Positions 20,429 to 29,413 of a stretch of DNA of 45,917 nucleotides are shown here, piece after piece. The translations under genes were made by a program, and so were the position numbers. The notes beneath the pieces are model-generated. The model was not told where the DNA came from, did not search any database, and was given only the letters and a program-made list of their open reading frames with translations. The stretch's first letter is position 1. Every line of letters begins with the position of its first letter. The stretch is from contig DATJUL010000274.1 in NCBI GenBank assembly GCA_035502295.1, positions 1 through 45,917 on the forward strand, in the 5' to 3' direction. The DNA comes from Stellaceae bacterium (GTDB taxonomy: Bacteria > Pseudomonadota > Alphaproteobacteria > ATCC43930 > CGMCC-115725).

Positions 20429-21811
20429 CTATCGAGGCGCGTTAGTGACCGATCGGCTCTCGGGGATGAGGCGCGAACTGCGCTGCCCGGTCAGGTACGA
20501 CCAGAGCCATTGCCGCTCGACGCGCAGCCGGTTTTGCAGCTGCGGCAGAAACAGCAGATGCACGAACGCCCAGACAAACCAGGTCGTAAAACCGCTCAAC
20601 CGGAGCCGCCGCGTTTCGAGAACGGCAAAATTCTTACCGACGACTGCCATGTTGCCCTTGTCGAAGTAGCGGAAGGGGCGGGTTGGCGCGCGGCCGATCC
20701 TGATTTGCGCGTCAATGAACCGACCCGCATACCGACCTTGCTGGATCGCGACCTGGGCGACCCCCGGCAATGGGCGGCCGTTCTTCCGAGTGAGCATGGC
20801 GGCATCGCCGACCACGAACACGAACGCGTGATCCGGCAGCGTGAGGAATGGGGTGACACAGACGCGTCCGGCGCGATCGGTCTCGGCATCGAGCAGCTTC
20901 AGGATCGGCGAGGGAGCGACGCCGGCGGTCCATAATACCGTCGCGCTTTCAATCCGCTTTCCCGCGACGATGACGCCCTCTTCGTCGATCTGGTCGACCA
21001 GCGCCTCGGTGAGGATCTTTACGCCAAGCCGCTCGAGCCGTTTTGCCGCTTTTCTCGACAGCGACTCCGCAAAGCTCGGGAGGATGCGCTTGGCGCCGTC
21101 CAGCAGCAGGATCGAGGTTTTCGCGGGGTCGATTTGCCGGAAATTCGAACGCAGGGTGAGTGTCGCCATCTGCGCGACCGACGCCGCGAGCTCGACGCCG
21201 GTGGGCCCCGCGCCGACGAGGACGAAGCTCAGCAGGCGGGCACGTTCGGCGGGGTCCTCCGTCAGCTCCGCCTTTTCGTAGGCGCTAAGGATCTTCCCCC
21301 GGATGGTCTCTCCATCAGTAATGGTCTTGAGGCTCGGGGCGTATGCAGCGAACTCGTCGTGCCCGAAATAGCTTGCCTGCATGCCGGGCGCGAGAACCAA
21401 GTAGTCGAACGGAACAATCCTCGTCCCGACGCCGGCGCTGCCAATGGTGACCGAGCGGGATTTCAGGTCGATGCCGGTTACTTCGGCCAGCATCACCGAC
21501 AAATTCTTCTGCTTGCGGGCAAGCTGTCGGATCGGCGCCGCCACCTCGGAAGGCGACAGGACCGCAGTTGCCACCTGATAGAGCAGCGGCTGAAAGATGT
21601 GATGGTTGCGCCGATCGATCAGAGCGACTTCGGCATCGCTCTTGCGCAGTGCCCGCGCCGCGGCCACGCCGCCGAAACCGCCGCCGATGATGACAATTCG
21701 CGGCTTGCGCTCGGGGTGCGCCGCTAGGGCAGCGGCTTCCGAACGGGGTTGAGCAGCGGTCGGGGTGTCGTCCGCGCCAAGCGGGGGCGACCGCGAGACA
21801 ATTTCGCTCAT
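20429..21811 (-). CDS. ndh: type II NADH:quinone oxidoreductase (NDH-2)
   Basis: Starts MSEIVSRSPP, with an AAGGAG SD. It has two Rossmann motifs, RIVIIGGGFGGVAAA and FVLVGAGPTGVELA, and the C-terminal hydrophobic tail typical of NDH-2. Confidence 0.88.
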   Translation of the reverse strand: MSEIVSRSPPLGADDTPTAAQPRSEAAALAAHPERKPRIVIIGGGFGGVAAARALRKSDAEVALIDRRNHHIFQPLLYQVATAVLSPSEVAAPIRQLARKQKNLSVMLAEVTGIDLKSRSVTIGSAGVGTRIVPFDYLVLAPGMQASYFGHDEFAAYAPSLKTITDGETIRGKILSAYEKAELTEDPAERARLLSFVLVGAGPTGVELAASVAQMATLTLRSNFRQIDPAKTSILLLDGAKRILPSFAESLSRKAAKRLERLGVKILTEALVDQIDEEGVIVAGKRIESATVLWTAGVAPSPILKLLDAETDRAGRVCVTPFLTLPDHAFVFVVGDAAMLTRKNGRPLPGVAQVAIQQGRYAGRFIDAQIRIGRAPTRPFRYFDKGNMAVVGKNFAVLETRRLRLSGFTTWFVWAFVHLLFLPQLQNRLRVERQWLWSYLTGQRSSRLIPESRSVTNAPR

Positions 21812-21892
21812 CTCTGTCACTCCTTCGCGCAATTGCGGTCGCAACCTGGGCGTTGCGTGGGGCTCGACCGCACTTTTCTCCAAACGGTTCCC

Positions 21893-22696
21893 TCACCGGC
21901 CGTGGAAGTCGGGAGCCCGCTTGGCGAGGAAGGCCGAGGTGCCCTCGACCTTGTCCTCGGTCGCAGCGCACAGCCCGAACAGCGAAGCTTCGAGCGATAG
22001 GCCCTGGTCCTGGGTCGCCTCGAGACCCTGGTTGACGGCGTCGAGCGCGAACTTGACGGCCAGCGGCGCGTTGGCGCCGATCTGCCGCAAAACGGCTTCT
22101 GCGCGGGGAATCAGCTGGTCCCTGGGCACGATCTCGTTGACGAGCCCGATGCGGTAGGCTTCCTGCGCCGAGATCATCTCGCCGGAAAGGATCAGCTGCA
22201 GCGCCAGCCCCTTCCCGACCAGCCGCGGCAGCCGCTGCGTGCCACCGCCGCCCGGGATCAGGCCCAACCTAACCTCGGGCTGGCCGAACCACGCCTCCTC
22301 GACGGCAAGCCGGATCGTGCAGGCCATCGCGGTCTCGCAGCCCCCGCCCAGGGCAAAGCCGTTCACCGCCGCGACAACAGGCTTGCCGAGGTTCTCGATC
22401 AGGTTCAGCACGTCTTGGCCGTGGCGGGCCGTCTCGAGCGCTTCGACTACCGTGGCGCGCGCGAGTTCATTGATGTCCGCCCCGGCGATGAAAGCCTTGT
22501 CGGCGGCGCCGGTCAGAATGACACCTTTGACTGCGGGATCGGCGCCGGCGTCTGCGAACGCCGCGCCCATTTCGGTAAATGTCGCCCGGTTGAGCGCGTT
22601 CAGCACTTTGGGGCGATTGACCGTGACATACGCCACGTCCCCCTTCTTTTCGTAAAGGAGGTTTTCAAAGACCTGTGCCTCTGTAGCTTGTGCCAT
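21893..22696 (-). CDS. enoyl-CoA hydratase/isomerase (crotonase family)
   Basis: Contains MAQATEAQVFENLLYEKKGDVAYVTVNRPKVLNAL, ..AFIAGADI.. and ..AVNGFALGGGCE.. . An alternative GTG start lies at 22735. Confidence 0.88.
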   Translation of the reverse strand: MAQATEAQVFENLLYEKKGDVAYVTVNRPKVLNALNRATFTEMGAAFADAGADPAVKGVILTGAADKAFIAGADINELARATVVEALETARHGQDVLNLIENLGKPVVAAVNGFALGGGCETAMACTIRLAVEEAWFGQPEVRLGLIPGGGGTQRLPRLVGKGLALQLILSGEMISAQEAYRIGLVNEIVPRDQLIPRAEAVLRQIGANAPLAVKFALDAVNQGLEATQDQGLSLEASLFGLCAATEDKVEGTSAFLAKRAPDFHGR

Positions 22697-22764
22697 CGCT
22701 TTTTTCTCTCGTATGAGTAGGTCGGTCTCGATCACACGGAGCGGAATCAGGCGTCGCTCGGCGG

Positions 22765-23670
22765 CTACGGAAGTTCCGCGTAGGCGATGCCGGTCAGGTT
22801 CCCTTCGGCGAAGAGCAGCAGCTTCTTGCTCGAACCATCGAGGTTGGCGCTGTAGACCGAGCCGGCGAAGTCGGTGACGAACATCCGTCCGCCGTTCAGG
22901 TCCAAAGCCAACCCGATGCCTTCCATCAAATGAGAGAAGACAATCTCGGGGTCTTTGCGATGGTCTGGCGTTGGATCTATCGGCGCCCGATTGACGGTAT
23001 TGCCGCGCGGGGGGTCGCCGCGATCAGTCCAATACATCAGCCGGTTGGCGACATCGAGCTCCAGATCGATCGGCTCCGGCAGGTTGTCGTAAAGCAATTC
23101 AATGTCTTGACGATTTGCCGGAGTCTGGTCCCTCGGAAGCTCGATATTGCCGCGGAAAATGCGCCCTTCGCCGGCGTCGTCGCTGCCTTTCTGCGTCCAA
23201 TAGAATTTGCCGCCAACGGTGTCCACGGCAATGCCGACGCACCATTTGCGCGCATCGGGGCCCGGACGCGGATCGCCCTGGCTCGTGTCGACGAGGGTCT
23301 CGATGTTCGAACCATCGACGTTGGCTCGCATCACCCGCATGCCTTCGCGATCCGACCAATAGAGCTTGCCGCTCTGCCTATCCAGCTGGAGCTGCTTCGG
23401 GGTATGCGTGCCACCCGGCGGAATGGCGAACGTGCGGTTCTTGCCGTCGAGGTCGCAGCGCTCGATCGAGCCGTCGTTCGCTTTGAAATTGCCCATGTTG
23501 GTCCAGTAGATGTGGCCGCGCGCGGCATCCACGACCACGCCATCCGGATATGGCCCCTGACCCTCGGTCAGGACCGTTTTCAGATCGGAGCCGTCGGGAT
23601 TCACCGACAGGATGCGCCCGGCGCCGAGGTCGAGGAAGAAGAGGCGCCCGGAACTGGATTTGCTTGACAT
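22765..23670 (-). CDS. six-bladed beta-propeller protein with YWTD-type repeats, no signal peptide
   Basis: 301-aa ORF with about six repeats marked by IYWTN, LYWSD, FYWTQ, MYWTD and MFVTD. Each is followed by a ..DGS/DGK.. turn. GGGAG SD. Confidence 0.75.
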   Translation of the reverse strand: MSSKSSSGRLFFLDLGAGRILSVNPDGSDLKTVLTEGQGPYPDGVVVDAARGHIYWTNMGNFKANDGSIERCDLDGKNRTFAIPPGGTHTPKQLQLDRQSGKLYWSDREGMRVMRANVDGSNIETLVDTSQGDPRPGPDARKWCVGIAVDTVGGKFYWTQKGSDDAGEGRIFRGNIELPRDQTPANRQDIELLYDNLPEPIDLELDVANRLMYWTDRGDPPRGNTVNRAPIDPTPDHRKDPEIVFSHLMEGIGLALDLNGGRMFVTDFAGSVYSANLDGSSKKLLLFAEGNLTGIAYAELP

Positions 23671-23705
23671 GACACTTACTCCCGTATCGCCGATGCGGAT
23701 CGCTG

Positions 23706-24656
23706 CTACGCGGGTTGCGAGGTACCGGTCACGGTACGCAGAGCGAGGAGGCCGATAAGTATGCGGTCGCGCTCTTCGGCGAGTTCCTGGATCGAGCGCG
23801 ATCCCACTTCGGCATTAACGCCGTCGATGAGCTTTTGCCGCAGTTCGGGTGTCAGCTCGGGCGACCCGAGGGCCTTCCACCAGGCGGTAATCGGTCCAGT
23901 GAACTGGTCCAGGAAGTGCGCCATGCCGCCCTCGCCGCCCCCCAGGTGGTTGAGCAGAACCTGCCCCATGATCCCCCACCGCAGCCCCGGCCCCCAGCAC
24001 AGCGCCGTATCGACGTCGGCGACGCTCAGGACGCCCTCGCCGACGAGGTAGTAAACCTCACGCATCACGGCCGCCTGCAGGCGATTGGCAACGTGTCCGG
24101 ATAGCTCTTTGTGAAGGCGGACGGTGCGTTTGCCGATCGAGGTGTAGAATTGCGCCGCACGGTCGATCGTGTCTTCCGAGGTCTTCGATCCGCCGACGAT
24201 CTCGACCAGCGGGATCAGGTGCGGCGGATTGAAGGGGTGGCCGATGACGCAGCGCTCCGGGTGCAGCTTACAGCCCTCCTGGATGCTGCTCATCGTCAGC
24301 CCGGACGAGCTCGACGCAATGATCACATCGGACGGCAACAACTCGTCGAGCTGGCGATAGAGGTTCTGCTTGAAGTCAACGCGTTCCGGGCCGTTTTCCT
24401 GGACGAGGTCGGCGTCCGCGACGCAGGTGGCGAGGTCGATCGTGAATGTCAGGTTCGACTGCGATGCGCCTGGGGTCAGCCCCAATTGCTCGAGCGCAGG
24501 CCAAGCCGACTCCACGTAATGCCGCAGCGCCTTCTCGGCTGCCGGCGCGGGGTCAGTCGCCGCCACTTTGAGGCCCTTGGCCAAAAAGAGTGCAGCCCAG
24601 CTGGCGCCGATAACGCCGGTGCCGATGATGGCGATGCGATTGATCGGTCGGTTCAT
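23706..24656 (-). CDS. 3-hydroxyacyl-CoA dehydrogenase family protein (NAD-binding)
   Basis: 316-aa part of the 23706..24974 ORF, starting MNRPINRIAIIGTGVIGASWAALFLAKGLKV (Rossmann fold). Contains HPFNPPHLIPLVEIV, typical of the HADH/carnitine-dehydrogenase-like family. Confidence 0.85.
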   Translation of the reverse strand: MNRPINRIAIIGTGVIGASWAALFLAKGLKVAATDPAPAAEKALRHYVESAWPALEQLGLTPGASQSNLTFTIDLATCVADADLVQENGPERVDFKQNLYRQLDELLPSDVIIASSSSGLTMSSIQEGCKLHPERCVIGHPFNPPHLIPLVEIVGGSKTSEDTIDRAAQFYTSIGKRTVRLHKELSGHVANRLQAAVMREVYYLVGEGVLSVADVDTALCWGPGLRWGIMGQVLLNHLGGGEGGMAHFLDQFTGPITAWWKALGSPELTPELRQKLIDGVNAEVGSRSIQELAEERDRILIGLLALRTVTGTSQPA

Positions 24657-24706
24657 CGAAGTGGTACCTCGGTTAGAGGAAGTAACGGCGTGTGCTTGAC
24701 CGCCAG

Positions 24707-25924
24707 CTACACGAAAGCGCTGAGCCCGGTGACGGCCTTTCCTACAATCAGGTTCTGCATCTGATAGGTCCCTTCGTAGGAGTAGAGCGCTTCCGCGTCG
24801 GTGAAGAAGCGTGCGACTTTGTAGTCGGCGACGATGCCGTTGCCGCCCAAGAGCTCGCGGGCCCATGCGACGGTCTCGCGGGACTTGGCCGTGCAAAACG
24901 CTTTCGCGAGCGCCGCATGCGCGTCCGTCAATTTGCCTTCGGCATGCAGCTGCGCCTGGCGCATGACCAGGCACTGCGACGCCGTGATGTTGGCGATCAT
25001 CCTGGCGAGGAGATCCTGCACCAGCTGGAACGAGCCGATCGGTTTACCGAACTGCAGGCGCTCCTGGGCATATTTGAGTGCAGCCTCGTAGGCGCCCATT
25101 GCACATCCCGTCGCCATCCACGCGACGGCATAGCGCGTCATCTTCAGCACTTTCGCCGTGTCACGAAACGAGTTGCCCCCTTGGAGGCGGTTCGCTTCCG
25201 GCACCAGGACATCCTGCATCGTGATGTGGCCGTTCTGCACGACCTTGAGCGCGATCTTGTTTTCGATCTTCTCGACACTGAAGCCGGGTGTCGTCTTGTT
25301 CTCGACGATGAAACCCTTGACCTGGTTGTCGGCGAGGTCGCGCGCCCAGATGATTGACAGGTCGCACCACGGTGCATTGCCGATCCACCGCTTCTCGCCG
25401 TTGAGGATCCAGCCGTCGCCGCTGCGTTTCGCGGTCGTCTGCAGGCCGCCTGAGGCGCCGGAGCCGACCAACGGCTCGGTGAGGCCGAAGCAGCCGATCT
25501 TCTCCAAGCGCGCCATCGGCGGAAGCCACTTCTCTTTCTGCTCTTCCGACCCGTCGATGTAGATGGAGCCCATCGCCAGGCCGCTGTGCACGGCCACGAA
25601 CGTCGTGAACGACGGGTCTATGCGCGCCATCTCCATTAGCACAAAGCCCAGCAGCGCCAGGCTGCCGCCCGCGCAGCCGTAGCCGTGCATTGCCAGCCCA
25701 CCAATGCCCAACTCCTTCACTGCCGGCAGCAGCTCGAACGGAAAGGCGTCCTTCACCCAGTACTCGGTGATAACGGGCGCGACCTTAGCTTCCATGAACG
25801 CGCGCACCCGCTTCACGGTGGCGAGTTCCTCAGCGTTCAAGGTTTCATAGACCTCGTAGAAGTCGCTATTCGGCGCCGGCAACGGGCGCTGGGGGCGGGC
25901 TGGAATGGGGTTGGATGCGGCCAT
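24707..25924 (-). CDS. acyl-CoA dehydrogenase (glutaryl-CoA dehydrogenase-like)
   Basis: Starts MAASNPIP. The regions ..FGLTEPLVGSGASG.., ..WIGNAPWCD.. and ..YEGTYQMQNLIVGKAVTG.. are typical of ACADs. GAGGAA SD. Confidence 0.9.
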   Translation of the reverse strand: MAASNPIPARPQRPLPAPNSDFYEVYETLNAEELATVKRVRAFMEAKVAPVITEYWVKDAFPFELLPAVKELGIGGLAMHGYGCAGGSLALLGFVLMEMARIDPSFTTFVAVHSGLAMGSIYIDGSEEQKEKWLPPMARLEKIGCFGLTEPLVGSGASGGLQTTAKRSGDGWILNGEKRWIGNAPWCDLSIIWARDLADNQVKGFIVENKTTPGFSVEKIENKIALKVVQNGHITMQDVLVPEANRLQGGNSFRDTAKVLKMTRYAVAWMATGCAMGAYEAALKYAQERLQFGKPIGSFQLVQDLLARMIANITASQCLVMRQAQLHAEGKLTDAHAALAKAFCTAKSRETVAWARELLGGNGIVADYKVARFFTDAEALYSYEGTYQMQNLIVGKAVTGLSAFV

Positions 25925-25980
25925 TTCAGGTTCCTCGTTTGGCTGGAAAAGGAAGGGCAACTCGCGGTCTTATTCCGCGG

Positions 25981-27207
25981 TCATTCCTTGAACGGCGGGA
26001 CGGCGCCGCTGTCGTACAGGCGGCCGATCTCGGCGTCGGTAAAGCCCAATTCCTTGAGGATGCTGGCGCCGTGTTCGCCGAGCCCCGGAGCGCGCCCTGG
26101 CGCTACTTTGGCAACCCCCGTCACCTGAATTGGGCTATTGACGGTGAGGGTGGCCGCGCCGTTCGGTTCGGCCATTGGCACCAGGATATCGTTTGCCAGC
26201 ATTTGCGGGTCGTGAACGATCTCTTCCTCGTTCTGGACGACACCGAAGATGACGCGGCCGGCATCGAGCGCCTCTTTCCAATGTGCCAGCTTCTGGCTCT
26301 CGAACAGCGGGTCGAGGATTTCCACCAGCTGTGCGGCGTTGGCGGCGCGCTGCTGGGGGTCGGCGAAACGCGGGTCCTGCAAGAGCTGCGGCATGCCGAT
26401 CGCCTTGACGAAACCGGGCCAATCCTTTGGCTGCGCCGCCACCAGCAGCAGCCAGCGGTTGTCGGCCGTGCGGTAGGGGTTGAGCAGCGCATTCGGCGGC
26501 GCCTTGCGATCGTGCTGACCGAAGAAATGCGCCTTGTTCAGGGCGCCCTCGATCCAGGCGGCCGCCGCCCAAGCACCCTCGGCGATTAGCGAGGTCGAGA
26601 CATGGGTGCCCTTGCCGGTGCGCTCGCGCAGATAGAGGCCGGTGACGATCGCTGAATAGAGCGTCGAGCCTGTCGCGTGGTCGCCGATCCCCGGGATCGG
26701 CAGGGTCGGCGGGCTGCCGGCATCGTGCGTGACTTCCATCAGGCCGGTGCGCGCCCAATAGGCGGTGATGTCGAACCCCGGCTTGTCGGCCTCCGGACCG
26801 GCCGCCCCGTACCCCGTGATATCTGCATAGACCAGCCGCGGATTGATCGGGCGAACCGCCTCGTAGGTGAGGCCGAGCGCGCTCTTCACCTTCGGCGGAA
26901 AGTTGGTGACCATTACGTCGGCCCATTGGACCAGGCGCTGCAGCACCGGCTTTGCCTGCGCGGATTTGAGATCGAGCGCGATGCTCCGCTTGTTGCGGTT
27001 CGTCAATTGCCAGGCGTAATTGGTGTCAGAGACAGGGTTCGGTGGCATCCTGTAGAAATAACGATAAGGATCCCCGATCCCCGGCGGCTCAACCTTGATG
27101 ACGTCCGCGCCGAAATCGGACAGGATCGTCGTCGCCGCCGGGCCGGCGATGAAGCTCGCAACGTCGAGGACCTTCAGGCTGGAAAAGATGTTGGCGGACT
27201 CCGCCAT
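25981..27207 (-). CDS. family III CoA-transferase (CaiB/BaiF family)
   Basis: Contains MAESANIFSSLKVLDVASFIAGPAATTILSDFGADVIKVEPP and ..NKRSIALDLK.. . AGGAGG SD. Confidence 0.9.
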   Translation of the reverse strand: MAESANIFSSLKVLDVASFIAGPAATTILSDFGADVIKVEPPGIGDPYRYFYRMPPNPVSDTNYAWQLTNRNKRSIALDLKSAQAKPVLQRLVQWADVMVTNFPPKVKSALGLTYEAVRPINPRLVYADITGYGAAGPEADKPGFDITAYWARTGLMEVTHDAGSPPTLPIPGIGDHATGSTLYSAIVTGLYLRERTGKGTHVSTSLIAEGAWAAAAWIEGALNKAHFFGQHDRKAPPNALLNPYRTADNRWLLLVAAQPKDWPGFVKAIGMPQLLQDPRFADPQQRAANAAQLVEILDPLFESQKLAHWKEALDAGRVIFGVVQNEEEIVHDPQMLANDILVPMAEPNGAATLTVNSPIQVTGVAKVAPGRAPGLGEHGASILKELGFTDAEIGRLYDSGAVPPFKE

Positions 27208-27438
27208 AGAGCACCTCCTGTCCAAGTGTTCATCCGCCGGCTGCGAATTGGGTCGCTGGCGGTAGTATGCGAATAAGGTGCGAAGATCGCGGGAAAGCGG
27301 GGCTCAGAGAATGCAGCTGCCTTATTATCTGAGCGTGGACGTCGTCCGGGCGTATCCCCCGGGCGGGGGATCGATGGAGGCGTGTCGGGGGATCGAAGCA
27401 TCCTCGGGGTGCGGGCAAGGCCGACGATTGCCGCGGCC

Positions 27439-28092
27439 TCATGACGCCGCGGCCAGGTTCCGGGTCAGTAAGTCGACCTTGCGGTTCAATGCCATGATCA
27501 AACCGTCAGCGCCTTCGCGCTGAAGGATCGAATGAAATTCCGACCGTTGCGTCGCGAGCTGGCTGATCGAGCCGTCGAGGTATACGTCGGCGATTTGCCA
27601 ACAGCTCCCGTTTTGGCGCATCCGGTAATTGAGGTTCACCGTATCCCCTGTTGACTTGACGATCCTGGTTTGGACGATCACCTCCGTCGCGTAGGGCTGC
27701 TCGCCGATGACCTGCAGCTGCTCGCCCGAATAGCTGTCGAACCGGTCAGCATAGGTCGCCGCGATGTAGTGTCCGAAAGCCTCAGTCACCTGCTGCTGTT
27801 GGGCCGGAGAAAGCGTGGCCCAGGACGGGCCCACCGCGAGCCGGGCCATCAGGGAAATGTCGAATAACCTCATCACCACTGGCGCCAGCCTTGCATACCG
27901 GCCGCTTTGTCCAAGGGTCGGACCGCCCTTCATCGTGGTTAGCAAGGTATCGTAAAAGCTGTGCACGCTGTCCTCCGGGCTCAGGGACAGTGCCGCGGTA
28001 GACTCCGCGGACATCGCAAATGTCAGCAATAAAGATAGGCCCATGCCCGCGACCTTATGCGCTTGAAGAGATGGCCTGATTGGCTTGCTCAT
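27439..28092 (-). CDS. MlaC/Ttg2D-family periplasmic lipid-binding protein (orphan, no MlaDEF nearby)
   Basis: 217-aa ORF with a signal peptide. The regions ..LAPVVMRLFDISLMARLAVGPSWATLSPAQQQQVTEAF.. and ..YRMRQNGSCWQIADVYLDGSISQLATQRSEF are typical of the Ttg2D/MlaC fold family. Confidence 0.72.
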   Translation of the reverse strand: MSKPIRPSLQAHKVAGMGLSLLLTFAMSAESTAALSLSPEDSVHSFYDTLLTTMKGGPTLGQSGRYARLAPVVMRLFDISLMARLAVGPSWATLSPAQQQQVTEAFGHYIAATYADRFDSYSGEQLQVIGEQPYATEVIVQTRIVKSTGDTVNLNYRMRQNGSCWQIADVYLDGSISQLATQRSEFHSILQREGADGLIMALNRKVDLLTRNLAAAS

Positions 28093-28161
28093 GGTTCGCG
28101 CTCCTCACCCACCCCAAGAATCGCCGCTGCGGGCGCGTCCCGAAATCCCCGTGGTTCCGGG

Positions 28162-29163
28162 TCACCAACCCGAATGGTCTGGCAGCGCATTCGGCGCCGC
28201 CTTGCACTCATGCTGGCCGAAGGAAGGCGCCTTGTTCAGCGCGCCGTCGGTCCAGGCGGCCGCTGCCCACCCGCCCTCGACGATCGGCGAGTCGATCAGC
28301 AGCCGTCCTTGCCAAGGAGCGACTGCGTGAGCATGGTCGCAGCCCAGGTCACTGCCGGTGTCCGGCCGATCCAAGGGCTCGGATTTCCGGGCCGGGCTCC
28401 AGCGCGTGCTCAACGCCGGAATCTTGACCGTAAGGACAGAGCCGCGCCCTTCGGCAGAACGAACTTCGATGCGATGCCCAAGGAGATCGGCAGCGCGCTT
28501 CGCAATGGAGAAACCCAGTTCGAGACCGTCGGCTCGGCTCTCGTCGGCTCTCTCAGAGGCGCCGAAGATTGTGGACAACGCTTTGGGGCGTATGCCGATA
28601 CCCGTGTCTCGGACATAGATGCACAGCTCCGGGTCGCGTCGGTGGGAGCTGACGAACACGGAACCGTCGGGAGGCGTGTAGTCGATCGCGTTCCGTATCA
28701 GGTTTCTGAGGATGCTGGCGAGCAACAGAGGGTGACTTAAAGCGGCGCCCCCCGTGCACGCAACCCGGAACGTGATCCCCTTGCGGCGCGCCGGTTCGTC
28801 GAACTCTGCGGTCAAATCATCAAGAATGGGCCTCACCAGGACAGGACGTCTGAAGCCTTCGCGTGGTCGCTCGTACAGCTGCAGAGCCCCTACAAGCTGG
28901 CCCAGCATTCTGGCCAGTTGCGCCGTCACATTCGCGGCCTGCACCAGCTGTCGCTGCTGCTTCCCGGACAGGCGCAAGGTCGCGAGGCCATCATGGACGT
29001 CGGTAATCAGCTGCAGCGGCTGGCGTAGATCATGGCCGGCCATTGCCACCATCCTTGCGAGAAAAGCGCTATCCGCCGGCGCTGAGGGCAGGCTGACCGG
29101 CTTGCCGATCTTCGAGGTTTTCTGATTGGCATGCGGAACGCTGGGATTGGTGAACTCGGTCAT
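28162..29163 (-). CDS. histidine kinase core (HisKA + HATPase_c) without a recognisable sensor or TM domain
   Basis: Starts MTEFTNPS. H-box MVAMAGHDLRQPLQ lies only about 35 aa from the N-terminus. N-box LRNLIRNAIDYT, G1 VRDTGIGI and G2 GLELGFSIAKR are present. The C-terminal ~90 aa are non-kinase (see relic). Confidence 0.85.
   Translation of the reverse strand: MTEFTNPSVPHANQKTSKIGKPVSLPSAPADSAFLARMVAMAGHDLRQPLQLITDVHDGLATLRLSGKQQRQLVQAANVTAQLARMLGQLVGALQLYERPREGFRRPVLVRPILDDLTAEFDEPARRKGITFRVACTGGAALSHPLLLASILRNLIRNAIDYTPPDGSVFVSSHRRDPELCIYVRDTGIGIRPKALSTIFGASERADESRADGLELGFSIAKRAADLLGHRIEVRSAEGRGSVLTVKIPALSTRWSPARKSEPLDRPDTGSDLGCDHAHAVAPWQGRLLIDSPIVEGGWAAAAWTDGALNKAPSFGQHECKAAPNALPDHSGW
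28165..28305 (-). pseudogene. relic of a second family III CoA-transferase gene, now read as the 3' tail of the histidine kinase ORF (approximate bounds)
   Basis: The HK tail SPIVEGGWAAAAWTDGALNKAPSFGQHECKAAPNAL aligns with residues SLIAEGAWAAAAWIEGALNKAHFFGQHDRKAPPNAL of the intact transferase (around 26480-26600). Nucleotide similarity is visible in the same orientation. Confidence 0.5.
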
Positions 29164-29384
29164 CGGCGTCTCTCGTTGTTCCGGCTCCTGCCTCCGGGGA
29201 GGCGACACGGCTCGAGCTTTTGAGTGGGTTCCGAAATTGCGATCGGTCGCCGGGCAGGTCGTCCCGCCGCCGTCAAAGCTAGGCAGCGATGTCTGGCGTT
29301 TCTTTGGGCGCGACGCGAAATAACCTGGAAAATTCGTACGCAGCCCGCTTGGTCTGTCGCGGGCGAAGCATTTCCTGGAAAAAT

Positions 29385-29413
29385 CTGAAATTTCCTGACG
29401 CGCACGCTATAGT
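29385..29413 (+). promoter_or_regulatory. candidate sigma70-type promoter giving a leaderless or near-leaderless transcript for the first STAND regulator
   Basis: CTGAAA (29385-29390), a 17-nt spacer, then TATAGT (29408-29413). The ATG at 29421 is 7 nt downstream and has no Shine-Dalgarno. Prediction by eye only. Confidence 0.3.
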
